NCBI GenBank assembly: GCA_947304355.1
Contig: CAMZAX010000001.1
Coordinates: forward strand, 78,950-142,949
Direction: 5' to 3'
From: an uncultured Selenomonadales bacterium
GTDB lineage: Bacteria > Bacillota > Negativicutes > Selenomonadales > Selenomonadaceae
DNA: 64,000 nt
Shown: piece after piece, positions 28,369-38,500 of the stretch
Layout of the letters: the number at the start of each line of letters is the position of its first letter
Numbering within the stretch: position 1 is the first letter of the stretch
Made by a program: the position numbers and the translations under genes
Notes under the pieces: generated by a model
Databases searched by the model: none
What the model saw: the letters and a program-made list of their open reading frames with translations, nothing else
What the model was told of the DNA's origin: nothing

Positions 28369-28563
28369 TTGGCTGAAATTTTGCGGAAGGCGTTCGACAA
28401 AATGGACGGGCTGATTCTTTTGGCGGCGGTATTCCTGTTCGTGCACTTCGACTACGATAACCTGTCGCTGCTTGACAAAATTTATATGGCGTCGTTCGCA
28501 TTCTGGACGGTCACGAAACTCATTCGGCTTTACATCGTCTACAAGAACGAGCAGAAAGGATGA
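28369..28563 (+). CDS. Small two-TM membrane protein
   Basis: AAAGGAGG RBS before the TTG; hydrophobic segments. Confidence 0.5.
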   Translation: MAEILRKAFDKMDGLILLAAVFLFVHFDYDNLSLLDKIYMASFAFWTVTKLIRLYIVYKNEQKG

Positions 28564-28567
28564 TTCA

Positions 28568-29647
28568 ATGAAAAAAATTTTCTTAACAGTATTCATGCTG
28601 GCGACGCTTATCCTGAGCGGCTGCGGCGGGCAAGCCAAAAGCGACACATCAAGCGACGCGTCCGGCGACGCGCAAGCCAAGTCGGACACCAAACCCAAGA
28701 CGGACACGCAAGCCGAGACCGCACCCGCCAAAAACGTCAAAGGCGACTTGAAAGTTTCCGTGCTCAACGTCGGGCAGGGCGACGCGATTTTGATTCAGAC
28801 CGGCAAGCAAACAGTTTTAATCGACACGAGCGACACTGACGAGCGCGAGCTGTTGGTCGACGAACTCAAAAAATTTTCCGTCACGAAAATCGACAAGCTT
28901 ATCTTGACGCACCCGCACGCAGATCACATCGGCAGCGCGAAAGCTTTAATCAATCCGAGCAACAAGGAAATCAAAGCCAACCCGTACCTTGAAAAAATTT
29001 CTGTCGCCGAAGTTTACGACAACGGTATCGCCTCCGCCTCACAGCTGTACAAAAGCTACACCAAAGCCGCCGCCGACAAGGGCATTAAGTGCACCGCGCT
29101 CAAAGCCGGCGACACGCTTGATTTCGGCAATTCCGTCAAGTTCAAAGTCCTCTACCCGCTGACTGAAGTCGTCGACGCCGTGAACAGCGGCAACGAAAAA
29201 TCCGACCCCAACAACGAAAGCGTCGTAGGCAAGCTCACTTACAAAAAATTTTCCATGATGCTCACGGGCGACGCCGAACGCAAAGTCGAATCCGAAATTT
29301 GGGCGGACAACGACTCCAAGGATTTGAAATGCGACGTGCTTAAAGCCGGACACCACGGCTCCAAAACGTCGTCGACCGACAACTTCGTAAAGACCGTCGC
29401 GCCGAGTTACGTTTTGATTTCCTGCGGTCCCGAAGAAGATCGCCGCAACACTTACGGACACCCGCACCTTGCCGCGCTCCAAAATTATTTGGCGGAAGGC
29501 GTTGACAAAAATCACATTTACTGCACGCGCTGGAACGGCACAATCACCGTTGTAAGCGACGGCAAAGATTTTTCCGTCACGCCCGAACGAAAGGAGGATT
29601 GGCTTGACAAATGGATGGCGCAAAACCAAAAAGACAAAAAGAAATAA
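28568..29647 (+). CDS. ComEC-C-terminal-like MBL-fold hydrolase lipoprotein
   Basis: Lipobox LSGCGG, NVGQGDAILIQ, LTHPHADHIGS. Confidence 0.8.
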   Translation: MKKIFLTVFMLATLILSGCGGQAKSDTSSDASGDAQAKSDTKPKTDTQAETAPAKNVKGDLKVSVLNVGQGDAILIQTGKQTVLIDTSDTDERELLVDELKKFSVTKIDKLILTHPHADHIGSAKALINPSNKEIKANPYLEKISVAEVYDNGIASASQLYKSYTKAAADKGIKCTALKAGDTLDFGNSVKFKVLYPLTEVVDAVNSGNEKSDPNNESVVGKLTYKKFSMMLTGDAERKVESEIWADNDSKDLKCDVLKAGHHGSKTSSTDNFVKTVAPSYVLISCGPEEDRRNTYGHPHLAALQNYLAEGVDKNHIYCTRWNGTITVVSDGKDFSVTPERKEDWLDKWMAQNQKDKKK

Positions 29648-29877
29648 CCGCCTACCTTGACCGAATCGAAGAGCTTGAAGACGGTCCGGCGACGGCTGTT
29701 TTCTATGTCGAAGACGACGAGGACGACTTTCGGCAATTCGTGTTGCCCGCAGACTTTTTGCCCGACGACGCAGGCGAAGGCGAATACCTTACGTTGACGC
29801 TTGCCCGCGAAACGGCGAAGACTCAGACGGCACTCGACGAGGCGCGAATTCAATTAGGAATGAGGAATGAGGAATGA
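29611..29877 (+). CDS. DUF3006-like protein
   Basis: AYLDRIEE...AVFYVEDD...LPADFLPDDAGEGEYL pattern. The last 5 codons and the stop lie in the AGGAATG tract. Confidence 0.6.
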   Translation: MDGAKPKRQKEITAYLDRIEELEDGPATAVFYVEDDEDDFRQFVLPADFLPDDAGEGEYLTLTLARETAKTQTALDEARIQLGMRNEE

Positions 29878-29927
29878 GGAATTATCTTGTCCCTTGTCCC
29901 TTGTCCCTTAAACAGGAATGAGGAATT
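29856..29927. repeat. Composite heptamer tract
   Basis: 4x AGGAATG/T (29856..29883), 3x TTGTCCC (29887..29907), and AGGAATGAGGAATT (29914..29927). Confidence 0.95.
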
Positions 29928-29930
29928 AAT

Positions 29931-30983
29931 TTGCTTAGAAAATTTTTGACGTGCTTGAGCTTGTTGCTCGTTATGGCGTTCGCGGCGACGGCTTCGGCAA
30001 AGCCCGTCGAACTCACGGGGATAACCGCCTTTGACTTGAACAACTCGACCGTGCGTATTGAAATTTCCTACAGCGGCGGCAAGCTCGACCCCGGCAACGT
30101 GTCGACCGAATTGCGAAACGGGCTCCTGCGCGTCGAACTCGATAACGCCCTGCCCGGACGGATAAGCCGCGTTTCGGGCACAGAGATTCAAGCCGACGCC
30201 CGCGACTTCGTTGAAAAAATCATCGCCAACAAGACGCAGGACAAGCACACCAGTATCCAAATCCACTTCAGGGCGGCGACGGGCAACAATGTAAAATTTT
30301 CGCTTGAGCCCGCCAATCGTTCCGAAAAAAAATCTGCGCGGCTGGTTTTGGACGTGAGCAAATCTTTCGCCGCGCAGGACGACGACCGAACGATTTTCAA
30401 CGGAAACAGCGGGCAAAGGATTGTTGTGCTTGACCCCGGTCACGGCGGCTCCGATTGGGGCGCAATCGGTCCGACGGGCGTCAGTGAAAAATCTGTATCG
30501 TTGGCTGTCTCGTTGAAGGCGCAGAAACTTTTGACGGGCGCGGGTTATCGCGTGGTGATGACGCGCACGACCGACGTTGACGTTGCCGCACCGGGCGTGC
30601 CCGACGCCGCCGAACTTCAAGCGCGTGTCAACAAGGCACCGCCCAACGCCGACCTGTTTATCAGCGTCCACTGTAACGCCTTTTCGAACGGCAACGCAAA
30701 CGGCATGGAAACTTATCACGCGCCGACCGCCGTCAAAGGCTCGCGGCTCGCACGTCTGCTCAACGAAGAACTTGCACGGCTCGGCGGACTGAACAATCGC
30801 GGCGTCAAAGCGGCTCGTTTCTACGTCATGACGCATTCGCAATGCCCCGCGTCGCTCATCGAACTCGGATTTATCACCAATCCCCGCGAAGAACAACTTT
30901 TGGCATCCGGCGACTATCAGCAGAAACTTGCGCAAGCAATAACAAATGCCGTCAACCGCTACTTCAATCAAGGAGGATACTAA
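29931..30983 (+). CDS. N-acetylmuramoyl-L-alanine amidase with an AMIN-like N-terminal domain
   Basis: VLDPGHGGSDWGA, SVHCNA, ELGFITN. TTG start with an SD supplied by the repeat. Confidence 0.88.
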   Translation: MLRKFLTCLSLLLVMAFAATASAKPVELTGITAFDLNNSTVRIEISYSGGKLDPGNVSTELRNGLLRVELDNALPGRISRVSGTEIQADARDFVEKIIANKTQDKHTSIQIHFRAATGNNVKFSLEPANRSEKKSARLVLDVSKSFAAQDDDRTIFNGNSGQRIVVLDPGHGGSDWGAIGPTGVSEKSVSLAVSLKAQKLLTGAGYRVVMTRTTDVDVAAPGVPDAAELQARVNKAPPNADLFISVHCNAFSNGNANGMETYHAPTAVKGSRLARLLNEELARLGGLNNRGVKAARFYVMTHSQCPASLIELGFITNPREEQLLASGDYQQKLAQAITNAVNRYFNQGGY

Positions 30984-30985
30984 TC

Positions 30986-31621
30986 GTGAAGAAATTTTTA
31001 GTTCCGGCAATGCTCGCGCTGTTGCTGATTACTGCGGGTTGCGAACAACCGACGACCGAACCGCCCGACAAAAAGCCCGCTCCGTCCGCGCAGACAAAGC
31101 CCGACGCCAAGCCCGACATGCCCGAAGTCAAACCCGTCGAACCTGCGCCCGACAAAAAGCTCGACGGCAAGGATAATGCGACCGCCAAGCACGAACGCAA
31201 CGAACAATCAATGAACGTCAAAGTTTATTATCCCGACGATTCGGGCATGAAACTCGTCGAAGTCGAACGCGAAGTTATCGTAAGCGACAAGACCGACAAA
31301 TACACCGCCGCCGTCGAAACTTTGCTTGAGGAGCCAGCCGAAGGCAACTTGACGAAGATTTTCCCGAAGAACGCCAAGATTCGCAGCGTCAAGGTTGTCG
31401 ACGGGCTTGCGACTGTCGATTTGGACGGCAACATCACCAAAACCTTTGTCGGCGGCTCGACGGGCGAAGAATTTTTAATCGGCTCGGTCGTCGACACGCT
31501 GACCAACTTCCCCGAAGTCAAGCGCGTGAAATTTTTGATTGACGGGCAAGAGATTGAAACGCTGTCGGGGCACATGGACTTGAGCACGCCGCTCGAACGC
31601 ATGAACACCTTGACCGAATAA
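30986..31621 (+). CDS. GerMN-domain lipoprotein
   Basis: Lipobox ITAGCE, low-complexity linker, then VKVYYPD...GGSTGEEFLIGSVVDTL. GTG with AAGGAGG upstream. Confidence 0.8.
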   Translation: MKKFLVPAMLALLLITAGCEQPTTEPPDKKPAPSAQTKPDAKPDMPEVKPVEPAPDKKLDGKDNATAKHERNEQSMNVKVYYPDDSGMKLVEVEREVIVSDKTDKYTAAVETLLEEPAEGNLTKIFPKNAKIRSVKVVDGLATVDLDGNITKTFVGGSTGEEFLIGSVVDTLTNFPEVKRVKFLIDGQEIETLSGHMDLSTPLERMNTLTE

Positions 31622-31717
31622 CGACACACGAAAAAAAGAATCGACGCGAAGACTGCGGTTGCCGTGTCGATTTTTTTTTGCTATCATGACGAAAATTTTT
31701 CACGGGAGGGAATTTTC

Positions 31718-32833
31718 ATGAGCTGCAAGAAAAAATTTCTGTCGTTCTTCGCGGCGGTTGTCTTGAGCTTGTCGCTGGTCTTCGGCGCGACTGCCAAGAC
31801 TTCAGCCGCCACTGCCGACCTTATCGGTGCCGCGATTCAAATCGGCATGGAGAGTGCCGCCTTGAACGCGCAGATTAACAAAGAGATTAAACACTTCAAC
31901 GAGACCGAAGCCGGCCGTCAGGAGCTTTACAACAGTTTCCGCGAAAAATACGGCGTCTGCGAAGATGCCGAATACAACGCAATGCTTGACAGGATTATGG
32001 CGAACTTGACTAAGGGCGCGGCTGCCGTCGACCCGACAATAAAAAGCAAGCCGTATCTGTATTTCATTTCCAACGAAGAGGACGTCAATGCCGCCTGCAC
32101 GATGGGGCACGTCATGAAAGTCAACGTCGGCACGTTCAAGCACATAACCAACGAAGACGAACTTGCGGCGATTATCGGGCACGAGATTGGTCACGGACAA
32201 AAAGATCACGTCGCCAAAAACAACAAAAAAATTCTCCGCAAACAAGTCATGGCGAACTTGGCAAGCGCAGCTGTCGGTTCGACGATTGGCGGCGGCGTGT
32301 TGACTCAGTTGGTTGCTCAAGCCGCGTTCAATCAAACGGTCGCTCACGGCAGCAGGAAACTTGAGAGCGAAGCCGACCTTTGCGGTCTGGATTACATGTT
32401 GCACACCAATTACAATCCGGGAGCCTGCGCAGCTGTCATGCAGAAATTCGCCGAGCTGGAAGGCGGCAGTAAGCGTTCGGGCATTGCGAACTTTTTCAAC
32501 CCCAACGACCACCCCGAAAGCACTGCGCGCCGCGACGTTTTTGCCAAAAAACTTTTCGAGTACAGCGACAAGCACGTTTCGGCGAAGGACGGCATCATCA
32601 CCGTCAACAAGAAGACGCTGATTAAGGTTGCGCCTTCCGCCACGATGTCTTCAGCCGAGCGTTCGTATTTTGTCCTGGGCAACTTGGCGGTTGCTTATCA
32701 CAAGGGTCTGAACAAGCAAGCGGCGACTGTCGAGAACGGCACCGTCATGTTGGGCAATCAGCCGATTATCACGCCGCTTGAAGGCGACGAGCCCGCGCAG
32801 GTTATCGCCGACCGCTTGAACGAGATTAAGTGA
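31718..32833 (+). CDS. Secreted M48-family zinc metallopeptidase
   Basis: Signal peptide and the HEIGHGQKDH motif. Confidence 0.8.
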   Translation: MSCKKKFLSFFAAVVLSLSLVFGATAKTSAATADLIGAAIQIGMESAALNAQINKEIKHFNETEAGRQELYNSFREKYGVCEDAEYNAMLDRIMANLTKGAAAVDPTIKSKPYLYFISNEEDVNAACTMGHVMKVNVGTFKHITNEDELAAIIGHEIGHGQKDHVAKNNKKILRKQVMANLASAAVGSTIGGGVLTQLVAQAAFNQTVAHGSRKLESEADLCGLDYMLHTNYNPGACAAVMQKFAELEGGSKRSGIANFFNPNDHPESTARRDVFAKKLFEYSDKHVSAKDGIITVNKKTLIKVAPSATMSSAERSYFVLGNLAVAYHKGLNKQAATVENGTVMLGNQPIITPLEGDEPAQVIADRLNEIK

Positions 32834-32856
32834 ATTCGTCGCGTTGCAAAAAAATT

Positions 32857-32888
32857 ATCCCCGCCGTGAGTGACGGGGATTTTTGTTT
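32857..32888. terminator. Bidirectional terminator hairpin between convergent genes
   Basis: ATCCCCG (32857..32863) pairs with CGGGGAT (32874..32880). An A-run precedes it and TTTTGTTT follows. Confidence 0.6.
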
Positions 32889-32899
32889 GCAGTTAAAGT

Positions 32900-33832
32900 T
32901 CAGTCTTTGAACAGGTCAGTCGACAGATAACGGTCGCCCGTGTCGGGAAGCAAGACGACGAACGTTTTGCCCGCGTAGTCTTCGCGTTTGGCGAGTTCGA
33001 CTGCCGCCGCCAATGCCGCGCCCGACGATATGCCGACGAGCACGCCTTCCGCCCGCGCGAATTCTCTGCCGCACTTGAAAGCGTCTTCGTTGGCGACGGG
33101 GACAATCGCGTCGTAAATCGTTGTGTCGAGCGTTTCGGGAACGAAGCCCGCACCGATACCTTGGATTTTGTGTGCGCCCGATTTGCCTTGCGACAGGACG
33201 GGTGAAGTTGCCGGCTCAACCGCGACAATCTTAACGGCGGGCTTTTTCGATTTCAGGAACTTGCCGACGCCGCTCAACGTGCCGCCTGTGCCCACGCCCG
33301 CAACGAACACGTCAACCGCGCCGTCCGTGTCGCGCCAGATTTCGGGAGCGGTCGTCGCCTCGTGAGCGGCGGGATTCGCGGGATTGGTGAACTGCGACGG
33401 GATAAACGAATTGGGAATTTCAGCCGCGAGTTGTTCGGCTTTGGCAATCGCGCCCTTCATGCCCTTTGCGCCTTCGGTCAGGACGATTTCCGCGCCGTAA
33501 GCTTGGAGCAGTTGCCGCCGTTCGACGCTCATTGTTTCGGGCATGGTCAAAATCGCACGCCAACCGCGAGCCGCCGCGAAACTTGCAAGCCCGATGCCCG
33601 TGTTGCCCGAAGTCGGTTCAATTATCACGGAATCGGGTTTCAACTTGCCGTCGCGTTCGGCGCGTTCGAGCATGGCTTTGGCGATTCTGTCCTTGACGGA
33701 GCCGGCGGGGTTGAAGTATTCCAGCTTGACGAGCAGCCGCCCGTTGAAGCCGACCTTCGCCGCAAAGTTTTTCGCGTCAAGCAAAGGCGTGTTGCCAATC
33801 AATTCCGTGACGCTCTCGTAAATCTTACTCAT
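32900..33832 (-). CDS. cysK: Cysteine synthase A
   Basis: [14 protein letters not shown]-lysine motif, GTGGT loop. Confidence 0.93.
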   Translation of the reverse strand: MSKIYESVTELIGNTPLLDAKNFAAKVGFNGRLLVKLEYFNPAGSVKDRIAKAMLERAERDGKLKPDSVIIEPTSGNTGIGLASFAAARGWRAILTMPETMSVERRQLLQAYGAEIVLTEGAKGMKGAIAKAEQLAAEIPNSFIPSQFTNPANPAAHEATTAPEIWRDTDGAVDVFVAGVGTGGTLSGVGKFLKSKKPAVKIVAVEPATSPVLSQGKSGAHKIQGIGAGFVPETLDTTIYDAIVPVANEDAFKCGREFARAEGVLVGISSGAALAAAVELAKREDYAGKTFVVLLPDTGDRYLSTDLFKD

Positions 33833-33847
33833 GGTACTGCCTCCAAA

Positions 33848-34750
33848 TCAATCAATTTCTTTCGGCATGAACATCTTTTTGAAGAGTTCGATAAAGTTTT
33901 TGCACGACGACGACAGCGTTTGATTTTTGCGCCAGGCAACGACCGTGTGCGTCGTCATGTCGGGTTCGACGATTCGCTTGCTGATTAAGTTGCCGTCCGT
34001 CAAAAGCCGCCTGCCCGAAAAGGGAATCAACGCCGCGCCGAGGTTCATCTTGACCATCAGCAAATCTTGAACGATACTGTCCGACACGCAAATTATTTTC
34101 GGTTCAAAGTCGAGTTTCCTGCACGCGGCGACGAAGTTCGACTTCCAGCGCAACGGAATTATCATCGGCTGATTTTTGAGCTCTTCGAGTCTGACGGTCT
34201 CCTTGTCCGCGCCGCAAAGGCTTTTCGAGTTCATGACGACGACGAGCGGTTCGTTGGGCAGGACAAGCAAATCGTAGTTGAGGTTGTCGACCTGCGTGCG
34301 CGTTATCGCGATTTCAATCAGGCGGCTGTCGAGCAATTCGATAATCCGTGCGCCTTCCGCCTCCCAAATTTCAAACGTGACGTCGGGATAAAGCTTGCGG
34401 AATTCGGCGATTAAATCGGGCAGAATCATCGCGCCCGACGTGGTTATCGTGCCGATTCGGATTGAGCCCTTGGTGCCGGAGCCGATCTCCTTGATTTCGC
34501 GGACGGTGCCGTCGACGAGCCCGAGAATGTTTTCGACGCGATTATAAAGGACTTGTCCCGCCTCCGTCAATCTGATACGCCGCGAGCCGCGCTCAAAAAG
34601 TTTCACTTGCAGATTTTCTTCGAGGTGCTTCATCTGGCGGCTGAGCGCGGGCTGCGCGATTCCCAGGCGTATTGCCGCGTGACTGATGTTACCTTCCTCC
34701 ACGATGGCGAAAAACGCCCGCATGTCCTTGATGCCGATAGTTTGTGCCAT
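33848..34750 (-). CDS. LysR-family transcriptional regulator
   Basis: N-terminal HTH (FFAIVEEGNISHAAIRLGIAQPALSRQMKHLE) plus a substrate-binding domain. Confidence 0.9.
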   Translation of the reverse strand: MAQTIGIKDMRAFFAIVEEGNISHAAIRLGIAQPALSRQMKHLEENLQVKLFERGSRRIRLTEAGQVLYNRVENILGLVDGTVREIKEIGSGTKGSIRIGTITTSGAMILPDLIAEFRKLYPDVTFEIWEAEGARIIELLDSRLIEIAITRTQVDNLNYDLLVLPNEPLVVVMNSKSLCGADKETVRLEELKNQPMIIPLRWKSNFVAACRKLDFEPKIICVSDSIVQDLLMVKMNLGAALIPFSGRRLLTDGNLISKRIVEPDMTTHTVVAWRKNQTLSSSCKNFIELFKKMFMPKEID

Positions 34751-34874
34751 TTCGCTAAATCATCTCCGTTACAAAATTTTTTCCTGCAGGCGAATCAAAA
34801 GTTGCGAACATTATAGCACAACTCTGCGCGATATGGTATAGTTTAACAAGAAAATTTGCAAAGGGGGATTCCGC

Positions 34875-35504
34875 ATGATACGCGACACAGCGAAGGCGGT
34901 ACTCAAGTCACTTTTGACCGAGAAAGATTTTTTGAACGAGCTGGACGATAAAGTCGGCGACGGAGACCACGGCTTGAACATGGCACGCGGCGCGCAGGCG
35001 GCGATTGAGGCTCTCGACGCGCTTGACGACGGCACGGACTTGGCAAAAGTTTTGCAGGCAATCGGTGAGGCATTCACGACGAACGTCGGCGGGACGTCGG
35101 GGCGTCTCTACGGCGCGGCACTGTCGGAGGCGGCTGCGGTCGTCGACGAAAATTCTGACCTTGACGCCGCCACGTTGGAAAAAATTTTCGGCGCGGTCGT
35201 CGACGCGATTCAAACTCGCGGCAACGCGCAGGCGGGCGATAAAACCATGCTCGACGTGCTTATTCCGATTCGCGACAGTTTTTCGGCGGAAGTCTGCGCG
35301 GACAAGTCGTTTGAAGAAATTTTGACTCTGGCACGCGACGCGGCTCGTGACGGTCTGGAAAATACCAAAACACTCGCCGCCAAAAAAGGACGCGCTGCCT
35401 CGCTCGGCAAAAAGTCTGTCGGCTTTGAAGACCCCGGCGCGGCGTCCTCGCTGATTATTTTCCGTGCGCTCTGCGGGCAATGGAAAAGCGGCCTGCGAAA
35501 TTGA
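34875..35504 (+). CDS. dhaL: Dihydroxyacetone kinase subunit L (DAK2 domain)
   Basis: DDKVGDGDHGLNM motif. No dhaK or dhaM nearby. Confidence 0.8.
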   Translation: MIRDTAKAVLKSLLTEKDFLNELDDKVGDGDHGLNMARGAQAAIEALDALDDGTDLAKVLQAIGEAFTTNVGGTSGRLYGAALSEAAAVVDENSDLDAATLEKIFGAVVDAIQTRGNAQAGDKTMLDVLIPIRDSFSAEVCADKSFEEILTLARDAARDGLENTKTLAAKKGRAASLGKKSVGFEDPGAASSLIIFRALCGQWKSGLRN

Positions 35505-35538
35505 CAAGCCGCCGAAATAATCCGAACGTGAACAAACG

Positions 35539-38500
35539 TCAAGGCAACAACTCCGCGAACTTCGCTTCCAAGCGGCGGCAGTAAGTCATCGGGTTGAGCG
35601 CGTCCGAATTCAAAAACATTTGCCGTAAATTTCTGTGCAACGCGTCCAAAGTTTCAACGTCGTTTGCCAACGCAACGGCGGTTTGAATGTACGCGTCAAC
35701 GTTGTCAACGGCAAGCTCGTCAAGCCCTACGCTGTGCAGGATACTTTTCCCGAAGCGCGTGCCGTGGCGGTCGCCGAAAAGATTTATGACGGGCACGCCC
35801 ATATAAAGCGCGTCCAAGGTCGTCGTGCCGCCCACGTAAGGATAAGCGTCCAACATGATGTCGATTTGCGAAATCGCGCCGAAATAGTCGTGCACGGCGG
35901 GGCGAATTATCACGCGTTCCATGTCGCAACCCAAGCCCTTCATGACGCCGTAAAGTTCATCCTGCGTGCGGTTGCTGATAAATTCCTGCGCGCGCATGAG
36001 CAGCCTTGCGGTCGGCACGCGGCGAAGAATCTCCGTCCACACGGCAAGCATATCGTCGTTTATCTTACTGTAGCGGCAAATCGTCCCGAACGTCACGAAA
36101 CCGTTTTTGCGGCAGGGCGCGCCCTTCGGCACGGGCAAATCTTCGCGGCGGGCGTAACTGAACTGCGCGGGCATGTATAAAAATTTCTCGCTGAAAAATT
36201 CTTCGCGACGGTGATTCGGCGGGTCAAGCTCCTCGTCGGTGATGAAGTAATCGATTTGCTTGAGCCCCGTCGTCGACATGTAGCCGAGCCCGCTGATTTG
36301 CACGGGCACGGGTCGATAAGCCAACGCGGGCAAGCCGTTTTTCCCGGTGTGTCCCGCCAAATCGACGGCGATGTCAATTTCGTCGTCGTGAATTTTTTTT
36401 GCCAACTGCGCGGCAGTCAAGGCGGCAACGTCAACGAAATGTTCGACGCCGCGTCTGAAAAAGTCCGTGTACTCGTCATTTGCAGGGTTGCGGCTGTAAC
36501 ACGTGACCTCGAACTTTTTGCGGTCGTGGCAACTCATAAAGCCGAACGTCACCGAAAAGACCGCGTGCTTGCGAAAGTCGCCCGAAATGTAGCCGATCTT
36601 AATCCTGTCGTGCCGCTCGTGATAAGTCGTGAAGGGCTTGACGTCCTCGAAAAATTTTTGGCAATCGAAATGCGCCGCCGCCATCTCCGCGCTTGAAACG
36701 TCCAGGAAGTGCAATATCAGCAGAATCGAATCGTAAAGCTCAATCTGCTGTTGCTCGGTCTCGGCAAGCTCGAACGCCCGCTCGTAATGTTTAATCGCCT
36801 CGACGTGTTGACGATTGTCGTGCGCGAACTTCGCAAACTTCCTGTGGCACTCCGCCATGAAAAATTTTGAATACGTCTTGCCGTCGCTCTTCGGGGGATA
36901 AAGATACTCCAATGCCTCGCGCATCATTTCGTACGCGCCGCGATTGTCGTCAAGCAGGAAACGGCGGTCGGCTATCGTCAGCAAAAGTTTTGCGTCGCGT
37001 TTGACCTGCGCGGCAAGTTCGGCGTAATACAGCGTGCGCTTGAAGTCGACGCGATTAAATTTGCTCTTGCCGTTCCTGCCCTCCAACGGGATGTACGATT
37101 CGGCGCGCCTGCGGTATTCGTCGGCAAGGGCGGGCGTGACGGGCTCAAGCTCCTGCGGAAAGTCCGGCAACTCTTTACCCGCCGTCCACGCGTTGAAAAT
37201 TTTTTCGTAAGCCTGTTCAAGCTCGCCCATGTAAATCGTATCGTTCATGACGGGCGACAGCTCCATTTTGCGCCGAATCGTCAAATGATATTCGCGGAGC
37301 CGCTCGCGGTCGTTGGCAAGCGCAATCGCCTTTTGAACGTATTCGTCCGCACTGAACGCGCACAACTCCTCAAGCCCGATATTTTTCAGCAACGAGTAGC
37401 CGAAGCGCGAATTGTGCCGCTCGCCGACAAGCGTGATGACGGGAACGCCCATGTAAAGCGCGTCGCAAGTGGTGCCGCCGCCGGGATAAGGGAACGTGTC
37501 CAGCGCGATGTCCGCCCGCGCGTAGCACTTGACGTAATCTGTCTCGAACGCCTCGTACGTCACGCGCTCAAGGTCGATACCCGCTGCCGTCATGCGTTCG
37601 CGCGCAAGCTCAAGCCCGTATTCGTCACGGAAAACGGAATTTTTCAGGTAAAGCCGCGAACCGGGCACGCCGTCCAAAATTTCAGCCCAAAGCCTCAACA
37701 TTTCGTCGGTCACCTTCGCGAAGTTGTTGAAGCTCACGAACGTCACGTAACCCGCCTTGGTGCAGGGCGCGGGCGCGGGCACGAATTGCAAATCATGCCA
37801 GACGTAACAGAAGTGACTGTGTTGGAGTCGTAAGATTTTTTCCGTGAAAAATTTTTCGTTCAAGCCTTCGGGGTCGGTGAACTTGTCGGCAAGGAAATAA
37901 TCTGCGGTGTCGAGCCCCGTCGAATCGAAATAGCCGATGCCGCTGATTTGAATCGGCGCGGGCTTGTACGCCAGGACTTCCAACGAATTGTTCGCCGAAT
38001 GCCCCGCCGTGTCGACGAGAATATCAATTTCGTCGCGAAGAATCTGCGCGGCAACTTCGGACGCTTTGACGCCCGAAATGTTGCGGAAGGTGTCGACAGC
38101 CGCCGCGAATTGTTCGGTAATGTTGTCCGCGCCGCAGTTGGCGTAAATGTAAACTTCAAAGCGCGTCTTGTCGTAGCCGGTGAAAAAGTGCGTGCTGAAG
38201 AATGCGACGACATGAAAGCGCACGTCCGGCGAAATGTATCCGACGCGAATTTTTTTATGGCGGGCGTGTTTCTTGCGATTGTGAGCGGTGCGGGGAATGT
38301 TCGCAAGCAAATCGTTGAAGCCGCGCGTCTCGTCGAAAATTTTTTCGCGCGTGACGTTCAGGTTGTGAAGATTGAACAGATAATTGCTGTACTCTTCGCG
38401 CCGAATCCGCTCAGCCTGCGCGGCTTGTGACGAATCTTTCAGCGCGGTCAAGTCAAGCTTTGCGTTTTGCTCGTAATGAGTGACAGCTCGTTGAACGTCG

